Assembly (NCBI GenBank): GCA_030295235.1 | Contig: AP026131.1 | Span: 496,001-560,000 of the forward strand | DNA from: Fistulifera solaris | Taxonomy: Eukaryota | Direction of reading: 5' to 3' | DNA: 64,000 nucleotides | Shown: piece by piece, positions 12,373-24,597 of the stretch | Position numbering within the stretch: the first letter of the stretch is position 1 | How the letters are laid out: the number at the start of each line of letters is the position of its first letter | Notes under the pieces: generated by a model | The model's database searches: none | What the model was told of the DNA's origin: nothing | The model's input: the letters and a program-made list of their open reading frames with translations, nothing else | Translations under genes and position numbers: made by a program

Positions 12373-14017
12373 TTATTCAAACTCTTTCCGTGACTCGTAG
12401 AGAGATACAAATGCGACTGCTCCCAGTACATTGACGAGCGCATTGATGGCGAAAATCATGCCCCAATCTTGATTCGTTGCATCCAACAGCACTCCCGTTA
12501 CCCACACTCCGAACGTCCCGACTAAGACGCCGGGTAAGGTAGTCATACTATAAAGAAAACCCGCCCATCGTGGCCCGGCTTTTTCCTGTGACGCGGCTTC
12601 GAATCCACCGGCGTTGAAAGATTGTAAACCAAACACACCGGCCAAACCAGCTTGAGCCAGCCATGCTTCTTCAGGAATATGCCAAGCCATCGACGCCATG
12701 ACAGCGGCCGGACCCAATAATCCCAGTGATTGAAATATGTTGCGAATTTTCGTTTTTTCGTCATCATTCGATGGATCTTGCATGTTTTGCACCGTCCAAT
12801 CTGCCGCGATACCCGCCGCAATCCCACCGACGATCCCCGCCAGTCCAGGGAGGACGGACAACCATGCCGAATCTTTCACACCAATGCTGTATTGTTGCGA
12901 ATAAAATGTGGGCATCCAACTCAACCAGTTATAGAGCCCCCAATTTCTGGAACAATGGGCGAGTGTCATTGCCCAAACTCCTTTCGATTGGAGCATCCCT
13001 TTCCACGGTGCATCTCGACATATTGTCATGGCTTGTTCGAAAGGAGACGCAGATACTTCTTCCTTTTCCGTAGTAGTCAGAGCAGTAGACTGCGACGGAG
13101 GTTCATCCCGACCGAGTAACCACCACGGTATCAACAAAGCCGTCCCCACCAAGCCATACACATAAAACAGTGATCGCCAGCCAAAGGCCTCTAGAATGTA
13201 CGGAGAAATAATGTACGCCATGATTTTCCCACAAGCAAAGCCACTAAATACAAAGGATAATGCTAAGAGAGAGCGTGTCAGGAGATGGATACATGAAGAT
13301 GCGTTTTGAAGCCACCGGACAACTCTCACCTCGACTCTTTTCTTCTGGCAGAGTCCAGACGGTCAAAAATCGTTGCGTCGAAGGCAGCACAATACTTTCA
13401 CCAGCACCCACCAATGCTCGAGCTATCATGAGTGTCGATAGCGCTGTACCGGCGACGAGAGGTGTGGCGAGTGTGGCTATGCTCCAGACGGCAATACCCA
13501 ACATCATGGCCCATTTGGGCGATACATTTCCGACGAACAGTCCGGCGGGAAGAATGAGTAGACCGTATCCGACACTGAAAAAGGAAGCTATCGTTCCTTT
13601 GATAGTACTTGAATAAAGAAACTCTGCTGACATGGGAAGAAAGGCTACCGACATGGCGACGCGGTCGAGCGAAGCGAGGAAAGCTGTGATCCACAAGAGT
13701 GCGAGCATAATGTATTTCTTGTTTTCATCTTCTTTCGTGAACGCTATAGTCGATTGTGATTCTTCTTTTGATTCTCGATACAGACTCCCATCAATATGAC
13801 CTGTGTATACGTCGGTGGTGCATGTGATATTGTTGTTGGGTTGAAATTGTACGATCTCAGCTTCGACTACTTTGATCGACCGACGACTCGCAACGGAGAG
13901 TGTCGGTCGCCAGAACGTTCGAGTCGTCGATTGGAAAGCGTGCGTTCCTAAGAAACAACTGACGTGTATCAGTACTATCAGCAATGCTACAATACAATTG
14001 ATTACAAGTACTTTCAT
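12373..14017 (-). CDS. MFS anion:cation symporter (PHT4/sialin-like), probably plastid-targeted; intron 13263-13329
   Basis: Signal peptide ending THA|F; LDRVAMSVA, ARALVGAGE, GWRSLFYVYG, LSWMPTFY motifs; splicing gives EEKSR-A-LSFVFSG. Confidence 0.88.
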
Positions 14018-14180
14018 CTTTCTCTATTCATTCTTCATTGATAATACTGGTACTTGGAAGAAAGATTCATTGTTCATTGTCAATGAATGAACGACGACGA
14101 CGCCATAAAAAAACGAGAAAGACATCTGAACCTGCTGTTGACGTCACCCAATTGAACTTTCATGGTAGCCAAGACTCAGA

Positions 14181-14403
14181 TTTTCTGGACAGGTGAAAAC
14201 ATCACTCCCCCACATTTTCTGTAGACGTGAAAACATCAATCGCCCACATTTTCTGGGGACGTGAAAACATCACACCCCCACATTTTCTGGGGACGTGAAA
14301 ACTTCACACCCCCACATTTTCTGGGGACGTGAAAACATCACACCCCCATATTTTCTGGGGACGTGAAAACAACACACCCCCACATTTTCTGGAGACGTGA
14401 AAG
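14181..14403. repeat. 34-bp minisatellite, about 6.5 copies, in a divergent intergenic region
   Basis: Unit TTTTCTGGGGACGTGAAAACATCACACCCCCACA starts at 14181, 14215, 14249, 14283, 14317, 14351 and 14385. Confidence 0.95.
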
Positions 14404-14561
14404 CACTACCACTACCAGATAGATGATGATTCATTCATCGCCACCTCATTTTTTATTCTATTGCTCCTATTGTTCTCCTTTCTCTCGCTTTTTCGAAAGC
14501 GGTTACCAGGTAGAGTGTTTATTTTCTTTCGCAAGCCAATTTATCATAAGTTTCACTTCGA

Positions 14562-15275
14562 ATGCAAGGACGCAAGCGGCTTACAACACGGCGCACGATC
14601 CAGAACTCTCTATTCGTCCTCCTCATTGGTGCGACGATATTGCCAATACAATCCCTCAACAATTTGTTTACCCAACGATCACCGAATAGCAATCGAAACA
14701 AGTGCAACTTTTTGAATGGACTCGATACACTCAACGGCATTAACTCCGCGACACCCGAACGCACTGCATTACTGCAAGAGATGATCACGGATCCGACAGT
14801 CTCGTCCTTTCCAGCTGTCGCGGCAGGAACGTGGACTGTACTCTATGCACCCCACATTACCACCATGGCTCGTGTTCTGGGAAACAGTGCCTTTGATCCT
14901 ATTCTCTATCAAATGCATGCCGATGGGACCATGACGTCTCACGTGCGCTGGACGTTTTTGGAACGCTTTTCGTGTTGGCTGTCAGTCAGTGGTACGTACG
15001 CATCACAAGACGACGACCGCGTTTCGCGTGTCAGCTTTGATCAAGTCTGGATGAAATGGAATGCTTGTCTGGAGGACGGGCCTTACCCGACACTGCAAGA
15101 TGTTCCGGCGAGCTGGTGGAAGACTATCGTACAAACAATGGGTCAATTGGGATTTGTAGAAAGCTTTTCGGTCTTTCCTGTGGCGTACTTGGACAACGAT
15201 TTGATTGTGTTTGACTTTAAGTTGCTAGGAACGAGAATTTGTGCGAGAAAATTACCAAGGAACGATCTCTATTGA
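14562..15275 (+). CDS. Putative PAP/fibrillin-like (lipocalin-fold) protein with N-terminal targeting signal
   Basis: Hydrophobic leader, GTWTVLY near the domain start and FPVAYLDNDLIVF near the end, as in fibrillin-type barrels. The family call is by eye. Confidence 0.55.
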   Translation: MQGRKRLTTRRTIQNSLFVLLIGATILPIQSLNNLFTQRSPNSNRNKCNFLNGLDTLNGINSATPERTALLQEMITDPTVSSFPAVAAGTWTVLYAPHITTMARVLGNSAFDPILYQMHADGTMTSHVRWTFLERFSCWLSVSGTYASQDDDRVSRVSFDQVWMKWNACLEDGPYPTLQDVPASWWKTIVQTMGQLGFVESFSVFPVAYLDNDLIVFDFKLLGTRICARKLPRNDLY

Positions 15276-15841
15276 AAGGTTGTGTCGAACGAATCGTTTT
15301 AAACAGTACCGCGAACACAAGGAAGGCAACACTATTAATCGGAAAGAGATTTTCTCAACATTTTTAAACACTTGGTAAGACGGGATCATTGCATTTGAAG
15401 CGGATGATTCAGCTGCATTTGATAACAACCAGTCATTGATCGCTATCCAAGCTCATTTGTGACTTCTGTTAATTCTTTGAAAATGATCGGCACATCAATT
15501 AGTTCGAGCATTAACATTACATTCGTGCTTAATCTATCATTGGCCTTGATGTTGGCGCTCCTAAAAGCCTAGTCTTAAGATCAAATAATGAATAATTTAT
15601 TCCTTCGGGATTGGGATGATTCAGGACTCAGTAGTTTTACGTCATAGTTCCTCCGCTCATCGGTACTGATCTTGCTATACACGAAACGTGGAATTCGCTG
15701 ACAAACTTTGAACGTGTGCTCCACGATCCACGATTCCACGATGGCATACTTGTAATTGCGCGACGGAAGACCTTCCACTTCATCCATTACAAGCACTTTT
15801 ACATCCTTGTGCTTGACGAACTTGACTGTACCTTAATCAAA

Positions 15842-16924
15842 ATGAGTAAATCACCGTCGCTGCGAAGAATCCAGGCTGACATACGTGAACTTGCCTTTGA
15901 TCCGTCCGATCGATACCATGCGGCGCCCATGGAGAACGACATGTTCGAATGGCATTTCACGATCCGTGGAGCGGATGGCACCGATTTTGAAGGCGGCATG
16001 TATCACGGGCGTATTCTTCTGCCTCCAGAGTATCCCATGAGACCACCGAATATTATTTTCTTGACTCCGTCGGGTCGCTTTGAAACGAACACCAAAATTT
16101 GTCTTTCGTTTTCGGCGTTTCATCCAGAATTGTGGCAACCAGCTTGGGGTATACGTCTCATCCTGGAAGCACTTATCAGTTTCCTTCCAACACCCGCCGA
16201 CGGAGCGATTGGGGCTCTCGACTGGAGTTCAGCGGAGCGTAAGAAACTAGCTGCGCAGTCGGTGCATCACGAGTGCCCCATCTGTGGAAAGATTGCTAAA
16301 TTGTTGCCCGAGGTGAAGAAAACCACAGATGAGGGCAGCAGTCAAAAGCCGAGTCGATTTCAAAAGGAGATTGAAGAACTGCAAAAAGCGCAGCAAATGC
16401 AGCATGCTTTATCTGTCGAAGGCGGCGAAACAAAACTTGATGTTTGTCAAGAGATCATTCATGAAGAAGCTGTCTCAGAGGAACAACAGCCCGAGTCATT
16501 TAACAGCGTCGATACCAACTTCGGAAAGGATGACGGCATATTGAAAGGTAAAATTGAAAAAGAGTGCAACGATGACATGAAAGAGGAGGAAGAGGGCGAT
16601 GTTGAAATCATATGTAGTCAGCATTCAAGTGCAGGAGAAAATGAAACACAAAAACAAACCACCGAAGCAAACTCAATCAGCACCAAAATCGACGACGAGC
16701 CAGCGACGGAACAATACGAGACCGATGTATCAGCCGTTGATCCTCCAATCATAGTACCGGATCAACAGCAGCAACAAAGCTGGCAGTCTGATATATCCAG
16801 CAGTTGGTTCCTGTCGGACCCAGTTCTTAATGCAATAATACTGGTACTGTCAATGACTTGTTACTTGCTGCTCAAAAAGATTGACGCGGTGATGGAGGAG
16901 ATTTATGCGTTGGAAAGCGAATAA
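15842..16924 (+). CDS. Ubiquitin-conjugating enzyme UBC6/UBE2J1-type, tail-anchored (ERAD)
   Basis: SPSLRRIQADIREL, FEWHFTIRG, YPMRPP, PSGRFETNTKICLSFSAFHPELWQPAWGIR; C-terminal TM helix. Start is ATG 15842. Confidence 0.93.
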   Translation: MSKSPSLRRIQADIRELAFDPSDRYHAAPMENDMFEWHFTIRGADGTDFEGGMYHGRILLPPEYPMRPPNIIFLTPSGRFETNTKICLSFSAFHPELWQPAWGIRLILEALISFLPTPADGAIGALDWSSAERKKLAAQSVHHECPICGKIAKLLPEVKKTTDEGSSQKPSRFQKEIEELQKAQQMQHALSVEGGETKLDVCQEIIHEEAVSEEQQPESFNSVDTNFGKDDGILKGKIEKECNDDMKEEEEGDVEIICSQHSSAGENETQKQTTEANSISTKIDDEPATEQYETDVSAVDPPIIVPDQQQQQSWQSDISSSWFLSDPVLNAIILVLSMTCYLLLKKIDAVMEEIYALESE

Positions 16925-16986
16925 TTAGGAATCATTAACATAATAGTTATTAGTGGCAATATAGCTGAATTGTATCTCTGATCGCT

Positions 16987-19221
16987 TCACATCTTATCGA
17001 ACCCTTCTTCCTCTACTAGCTGAATTACTCCATCTCTTACAGACGCGATTCTACACAAACTATGGACCGGCAGATCAAATCCAGATAGCGATTGTCTGCC
17101 CGATTCATAAACTTTCTCCAAGAGAACACCCACGCCTACAGCAGTAGCACCGGACTCGTAAACAATACGAAGCAGAGCTTCTTGCACTGCTCCGCTGGAT
17201 AAGAAATCGTCAATGATCAAAACACGATCCTCTTCATCAAGGTGAGATTTTGCAACCAAGAGCTCGCGATTCTTCCCAACGGTTTTGCTGCTATACCCAG
17301 CTTGGTAAGTATCTGCCATGACAACATTTCTCTCCTTGCGCGCGTACACCACCGGAACTTGTAGATATTTAGCCAATGGGATGGCCACAACAAGACCAGT
17401 CGTAGCTACCGTCAGAATTTTGTTCGGCTTTTGAGAAACAAACCGTTGAGAAAGCTCTTTAGCACAGTCGTCCATCAAATTGACATCTACCATGGAATCC
17501 ATGAACGAGGACACGTCCACAATATCGTTCGGCAAAACCCGTCCCTCCTTCAGCACGCGATCTCGAAGCTTCACACTAGCGGTGCCATATCCTTTTAGAC
17601 TTTCTTCCATTCGTCCCTGAATCCATTTTTCATACTCCAAACCAAACGTTAGCTCGAGCGTTTTGACCATTTCATTCACGGCAATAGACACTGGGATAAA
17701 GGTGCGCGTAGAATCGGCAAACACAAGGTCAACGTCACAAACACCGTACGTGAAAACTTCCATCTCGCCATCGTAGTAGCACATGCAGGTTTTGAAGCGC
17801 GTCACCCGAGAGGGCTCGGACACGGATCGAAGTGCTTCACACATGTACTCGACGTGCATGCCGACATCATTAAAACGATACCCAGACATGACGCGCGTAT
17901 TGCGAATAGCCGTGTTTCGACTTATTAAAGGAGATGCAGCGTTATTATTTTGAAAATCAGGGACTGGCTCAATTTCGAACGATGTTCGACTTGCAATGCA
18001 AGGTAGACCCGTTACTTCGAACACCTTTCGCGCTTTGAATGAAGCAACATCCTCAATAGAGAAGAAGCCATCTTCTGTACAGCCATCTTGAAAATCGCCA
18101 AAGTTATCTGCGAACTGCACGCCGTAATTACGAAAAGTACCGACGAGGTTTTTGAAGCAGACGTTATCGATCGCGGAGACCCACATGCGATCAAATCCTT
18201 CCGTGGCATCCGGAGGTCGTTCAAAAAAGGCTTTGGCTTTTGGGTTGTTCGCAGCAGTCAATAATCTTCTGCTCGAAAGTCTCAATTGTGATATTCGTTT
18301 CAAATATTCCGTTTCATCTTCCTCGTCGTGTTCTTTGGCATTCTCCATAGACATATTATCCGCTTCGAATAAAAACTCCCGAGCCAATTGCTTTCTATCC
18401 AACAAAATAGATTTCTTTCTTTCGTCTTCTGACTTTTCGTTTTGATCTTTGGTTTGTGCCCAATGATCCCAGGGTTCATCTGAGACCATCCAGGTGTTTT
18501 CTTCGTCGAAATCATCATGATCTTCGCTCGCCTCCCACTCTTCCAGCTGCTCATCCAACGGCTTTGCCCCATTTTCAAATTCAAAAAAGTCATCATTTTG
18601 TGTCATGGCAGCGAGCAGTTCATCACTCAGCCAGTTGTCTTCGACGGCATACGCCGCGTACTCGGCCAGTGTCGCCTCGACGGTTTTGATATTCATCGGC
18701 TCGGCACCATTGACGGGTACTTCCATACCAAACGCCGCGTTGGCCTGTGCGAGAGATCGTGTATTGCTCCGACTCACCGTGGGTGGACTCAACGTTTTAC
18801 TTCGCTGTCGGTTCGCCAGCATTTGCAAGTTACTGGTCCCCGGCGTTTCGGCCTCCGCAAGTAGTCTGTTTCGTTCCATTTCTTGCCAAAACACTTGAAG
18901 TGGATCACGAGGTCCCAATGTCAATTGTATGAGTACTTCTGATGCGGAATCTCGAATATTTCATAACAAAGAAATGAGAAACGTACCATCGTCGGGAGAT
19001 GCATCCGCCTCGACTGCCTCATACCACTGATCCGGATCTTCACCATCATTTCGTATCCTTCGCTTCTTAAATAACTGCGTTTTCGATGAATAATATCGTT
19101 GATTTTGACTGCAAAATATGGAAGAAGACTGCCATGCGTGCACGTCACAGGAAAGGTACAGGACCGCAAGAAGAAGAACCCGACGGGGCCGACAAAAGGC
19201 AAAGTTGCTTGGATTCCTCAT
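16987..19221 (-). CDS. Large probably plastid-targeted protein with a C-terminal xanthine phosphoribosyltransferase (Xpt-like) domain; intron 18894-18986
   Basis: Leader RRVLLLAVLYLSCDVHA|WQSS. C-terminus RDRVLKEGRVLPNDIVDVSSF...KILTVATTG...PVVYARK...VLIIDDFLSSG (PRPP loop) matches the Xpt layout. Splice gives ASPDD-V-FWQE. Confidence 0.8.
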
Positions 19222-19685
19222 CCGTTTATGTAAAAATTCCTTTTCCTTTGCAATGCATGTGCTAAATACGACGCGCTTCAATGCTAATGGTATATTGTTT
19301 GTTCTCATCGAGATTCATTCGTCGCCTCTGCTATAGTTTTTCTTTTCATTGTTCCATAATAAAAACGGTGCGTATGTGTGTGTTGGTTGCGTTCCTTGTT
19401 CAATCGCGACTTGATATTTCTAGTCACGACTGCTATCTTACTATCATGCTAAAATGTAGATCAACTTTTCCACGACCGGATTCCAGTCACGTGTAAATTT
19501 TGCTTCCAGCGAGATTGCTATCTCACCACAATCCCTTTGCAGCTTGTCGATAAGATTTTATTACGGAGTATTAATTAACTTCTTCCGCAAAGCTGTGATT
19601 CGATGTCGCTAATTGTTCATTGGCACAGAAAATGGATGTCGGTGAAAGAGATGATGGCGATCAAAGCAACGCAATACTCTCAACA

Positions 19686-20500
19686 CAATATCCGGGTTTC
19701 CCCCTGTCGATAAATTTCCCTACGAGAACTACGTGAAAATACGTAGACATTCGAAACGTTGCATCATTCGTTCCATCAACATTTTGTTTTCAAGTCGATG
19801 ATATCTATTGCTTCCTGATACGAATGCAATACGGTGGACAATGAAACTATGACATCTGGGCACTTTAAAAACAAGAATTAGAGGACGGAGAAAAACACAA
19901 TATCCGGGTTCCCCTACAGAGATAAATTTCCTACGGCAGCTACGTGAAATACGCGTAGACATTCGAAGCGTTGTATTAATTTACTATTTCATGTTTCACA
20001 GTCCAATCAAGGTATACTATTGTTTCCTTGCACGCATAAGTGATGTTGGGCAAAGTCTTGTTGTCATTGGTGTCCAAAAGACGCGAAACATGGTTTGATC
20101 GAAATTGATCAATATCCGGGTTGTCCCTCTGTCGATAAATTTCCCTACAAGAGCTACGTGAAACTACGTAGACATTCGAAACGTTGCATCATTCGTTCCA
20201 TCAACATTTTGTTTTCAATTTGAAGACGCTTATGGCTTCATGATACCAAGCAAGTACGTTGAGCAAGCAATTGTTGACAAATATGAACTTTAAAGCCCAG
20301 AATTGGATGATGGCGAAAAAACAATATCCGGGTACCCTTACAGAGATAAATTTCCTGAGGCAGCTACGTGAAATACGCGTAGACATTCGAAGCGTTGTAT
20401 TAATTTACTATTTCATGTTTCACAGTCCAATCAAGGTAGATTATTGTTTCCTTGCACGCATAAGTGATGTTGGACAACGTCTTGTTGTCATTGGTGTCCA
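19686..20500 (+). repeat. Degenerate 212-bp satellite (alternating subtypes, 424-bp dimer); resumes at about 23160-23280
   Basis: Core CAATATCCGGG...GATAAATTTCC...CTACGTGAAA...CGTAGACATTCGAA at 19686, 19898, 20110 and 20322 (exact 212 spacing), plus a further core at 23230. Confidence 0.9.
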
Positions 20501-23162
20501 AAACGGAACCCTTTGTTGTTCTGTTCACGACTACTGTACAATCCAGTCTTGGCTGGCGTAAACCCACACTCCGTTCTATAGTGGAAAATCAAGGTGTCGA
20601 TCCTCGGATTTTCGACGTGAAAATGAAAGAAACTCTTCACAAATAATTCAGAAAATCATCATTGTTGCAACTTTATTTACCCGAAGTTATAATTATATTC
20701 GCAGTTGAATGACAATGGACGGATGCGAGAGGCGCAAAACGGAACCCTTTGCTGTTCTGTTCCTGACTACTGTACAATCCAGTCTTGGCTGGCGTAAACC
20801 AACACTCCTTTCTATAGTGGAAAATCAAGGTGTCGATCCTCGGATTTTCGACGTGAAAATGAAAGAAACTCTTCACAAGTAGTTCAGAAAATCATCATTG
20901 TTGCAACTTTATTCACCCGAAATTATAGTTATATTCGCAGTTGAATGACAATGGACGGATGCGAGAGGCGCAAAACTGTACAATCCAGTCTTGGCTGGGG
21001 TAAACCAACACTCAATTCTATAGTGGAAAATCAAGGTGTCGATCCTCGGATTTTCGACGTGAAAATGAAAGAAACTCTTCACAAGTAGTTCAGAAAATCA
21101 TCATTGTTGCAACTTTATTCACCCGAAATTATAGTTATATTCGCAGTTGAATGACAATGGACGGATGCGAGAGGCGCAAAACTGTACAATCCAGTCTTGG
21201 CTGGCGTAAACCAACACTCCATTCTATAGTGGAAAATCAAGGTGTCGATCCTCGGATTTTCGACGTGAAAATGAAAGAAACTCTTCACAAGTAGTTCAGA
21301 AAATCATCATTGTTGCAACTTTATTCACCCGAAATTATAATTATATTCGCAGTTGAATGACAATGGACGGATGCGAGAGGCGCAAAACGGAACCCTTTGT
21401 TGTTCTGTTCATGACTACTGTACAATCCAGTCTTGGCTGGCGTAAACCAACACTCCATTCTATAGTGGAAAATCAAGGTGTCGATCCTCGGATTTTCGAC
21501 GTGAAAATGAAAGAAACTCTTCACAAGTAGTTCAGAAAATCATCATTGTTGCAACTTTATTCACCCGAAATTATAATTATATTCGCAGTTGAATGACAAT
21601 GGACGGATGCGAGAGGCGCAAAACGGAACCCTTTGTTGTTCTGTTCATGACTACTGTACAATCCAGTCTTGGCTGGCGTAAACCAACACTCCGTTCTATA
21701 GTGGAAAATCAAGGTGTCGATCCTCGGATTTTCGACGTGAAAATGAAAGAAACTCTTCACAAGTAGTTCAGAAAATCATCATTGTTGCAACTTTATTCAC
21801 CCGAAATTATAATTATATTCGCAGTTGAATGACAATGGACGGATGCGAGAGGCGCAAAACGGAACCCTTTGTTGTTCTGTTCAGGACTACTGTACAATCC
21901 AGTCTTGGCTGGCGTAAACCAACACTCCGTTCTATAGTGGAAAATCAAGGTGTCGATCCTCGGATTTTCGACGTGAAAATGAAAGAAACTCTTCACAAGT
22001 AGTTCAGAAAATCATCATTGTTGCAACTTTATTCACCCGAAATTATAATTATATTCGCAGTTGAATGACAATGGACGGATGCGAGAGGCGCAAAACGGAA
22101 CCCTTTGTTGTTCTGTTCAGGACTACTGTACAATCCAGTCTTGGCTGGCGTAAACCAACACTCCGTTCTATAGTGGAAAATCAAGGTGTCGATCCTCGGA
22201 TTTTCGACGTGAAAATGAAAGAAACTCTTCACAAGTAGTTCAGAAAATCATCATTGTTGCAACTTTATTTACCCGAAATTATAAAATTATATTCGCAGTT
22301 GAATGACAATGGACGGATGCGAGAGGCGCAAAACGGAACCCTTTGTTGTTCTGTTCAGGACTACTGTACAATCCAGTCTTGGCTGGCGTAAACCAACACT
22401 CCGTTCTATAGTGGAAAATCAAGGTGTCGATCCTCGGATTTTCGACGTGAAAATGAAAGAAACTCTTCACAAGTAGTTCAGAAAATCATCATTGTTGCAA
22501 CTTTATTCACCCGAAATTATAATTATATTCGCAGTTGAATGACAATGGACGGATGCGAGAGGCGCAAAACGGAACCCTTTGTTGTTCTGTTCATGACTAC
22601 TGTACAATCGAGTCTTGGCTGGCGTAAACCAACACCCCGTTCTATAGTGGAAAATCAAGGTGTCGATCCTCGGATTTTTGACGTGAAAATGAAAGAAACT
22701 CTTCACAAGTAATTCAGAAAATCATCATTGTTGCAACTTTATTCACCCGAAATTATAATTATATTCGCAGTTGAATGACAATGGGCGGATGCGAGAGGCG
22801 CAAAAGTGATTCAGAAATCGGAGTTTCTGAAAGAAAAAACAATATTTGTGCCAAAAGAGAAAAACCAGTGGAAAATTCAGTCAAATGTCGAAAAAGCATC
22901 CGCATTTCAGGAAAATTAGGAATAAATATTTAGGATTTTATTATACTCGTAAAAAAAAAATAAACCCTTTGTTGTTCTGTTCATGACTACTGTACAATCG
23001 AGTCTTGGCTGGCGTAAACCAACACTCCGTTCCATAGTGGAAATTCAACGTCGATCCACGGATTTTCGACGTGAAAATAAAAGAAACTCTTCACAAGTAA
23101 TTCAGAAAATCATCATTGTTGCAACTCTATTTACCCGAAATTATAAAATTATATTCGCAGTT
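20501..23162 (+). repeat. 236-bp tandem satellite: 10 contiguous copies plus one after a ~160-bp interruption
   Basis: Units start at 20501, 20737, 20973*, 21179*, 21385, 21621, 21857, 22093, 22331, 22567 and about 22962. Asterisks mark 206-bp variants lacking 30 bp. Copies are nearly identical. Confidence 0.97.
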
Positions 23163-23881
23163 ACGTTGAGCAAGAAATTGTTGACAAATATGAACTTTAA
23201 AGCCCAGAATTGGATGATGGCGAAAAACACAATAACCGGGTACCCCTACAGAGATAAATTTCCCACGGCAGCTACGTACATTAAGCGCGAAAGGGTTGTG
23301 AAAGACCATGAGACATTATGAACTACTTCTTGGATCATACTAACAACGAAACAAGACCCACGTTCACCAAACGGTCCAAATATTTCACGCGCAAAAACGA
23401 TTACTCCGTATGACTTATGACCCTCGAAAAGATCCAATGACCCCCATGACTCTTGCATCTTGCACGCAAGCAACGGAAGATACGAAGATACCCTCGTACA
23501 CTTGGAGGATAGACAAAGTGTCGTGGAGAAACCGACAAAAGACCTTTGTCTTTGTGCCCTGTTGACTGTGATGCGAGCCGAGCACACGAAGGAGATGAGA
23601 TAAGTGCAAGAAGCGCGACACAACGGTCTCTTGACCTCTGCAACCAAAACCGGCCAAAGCTGGGCATTGAGCAGCAACAAATAATAGAAGAGTGAGTTAA
23701 AGGCAATGCTAGCTGGTCGTACATGATTGAGAGCCCACTCTTGGAAGCAAGAAAAAGATACATCTTGTTTACAGAATGGCTCTTTCCATTCTGTCGGCAA
23801 TAATTTCAATTGGCCTTCGACTCATGTTTTCTTGCTTTCTAATCTCTACCTTCCCCTTCTTCTCTGAATCAACAGATTGGC

Positions 23882-24455
23882 ATGGCAGAAATTTCGATTA
23901 GCAAAGAACTTCTGAGCGAAGTCGAGCAAGGCGTGAAGGAGCTCAAACACGTGGCACCGAAATCGACCCACGACGTATTACAAGAAGTGCGAGCTGGCCA
24001 CGGAGGCAAGGACAAACTCCACCACGTGCTGCCCAAATCGGGCCAAGATCTTTTGCAAGAAGTGCGCGCCGTGCACGGTGGCGAGGACAAGCTCAAGAAA
24101 TCCGGGCCTCCGGTTGAGGTGCAGTCGTTGCTCCAGGAAGTTCGCGCAGAAGTTCGCCAAAGTCATTTGACGCCCACCGAAGTGATCAATCCTGCGATTA
24201 TTGGAGAAGTCTTGGCAGCTGCCGGCGAAGACGTCAAAGCCGTACCAGCGATTGCCAAGCAGTCGTTGGCACACGGTGTAAAAAAACCTTAAGCATGGCA
24301 AAACCGTCGAAAAACAGTCCTTGCTAACAGAAGTCCGAAAGGAACATGGTGGGAAGGACCACTTGAAGCCAACTATCCCCAAAAATACTCAGGCTCTTCT
24401 CAGTGAGGTGAGGACTTCGCAGAGAAAGCTAATGGAGGAGGCTGCCGAAGAGTAA
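23882..24455 (+). CDS. Actobindin/beta-thymosin-like multi-WH2 actin-monomer-binding protein; one extra A at about 24280-24286
   Basis: Repeats LLSEVEQGVKELKHV, VLQEVRAGHGGKDKLHHV, LLQEVRAVHGGEDKLKK. Removing one A continues HGVKNLKHGKTVEKQSLLTEVRKEHGGKDHLKPT...LLSEVRTSQRKLMEEAAEE*. Confidence 0.7.
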
Positions 24456-24597
24456 GCTTTTCGTAGATTATAAAAATTAGCGTTGTGTCTCGTTGAGAAA
24501 CAATAGGCGTAGTTTAACCACTTGAGTTCTATTTTAGTTAAGCGGAAAAGGGTTCGTGCTTTGTTAGGTTTAAGCGACATGGCATCGTAGTCTACTG

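Noticed and set aside
20673..22706. Repeated 63-67 aa minus-strand ORFs (MKSFFHFHVENPR...)
   Set aside because: They are by-products of the 236-bp satellite, with non-ATG starts, and are lost in the deletion variants.
23246..23809. 187-aa minus-strand ORF between the satellite and the WH2 gene
   Set aside because: Non-ATG start, no recognisable motifs, and it runs into repeat sequence; probably upstream non-coding DNA.
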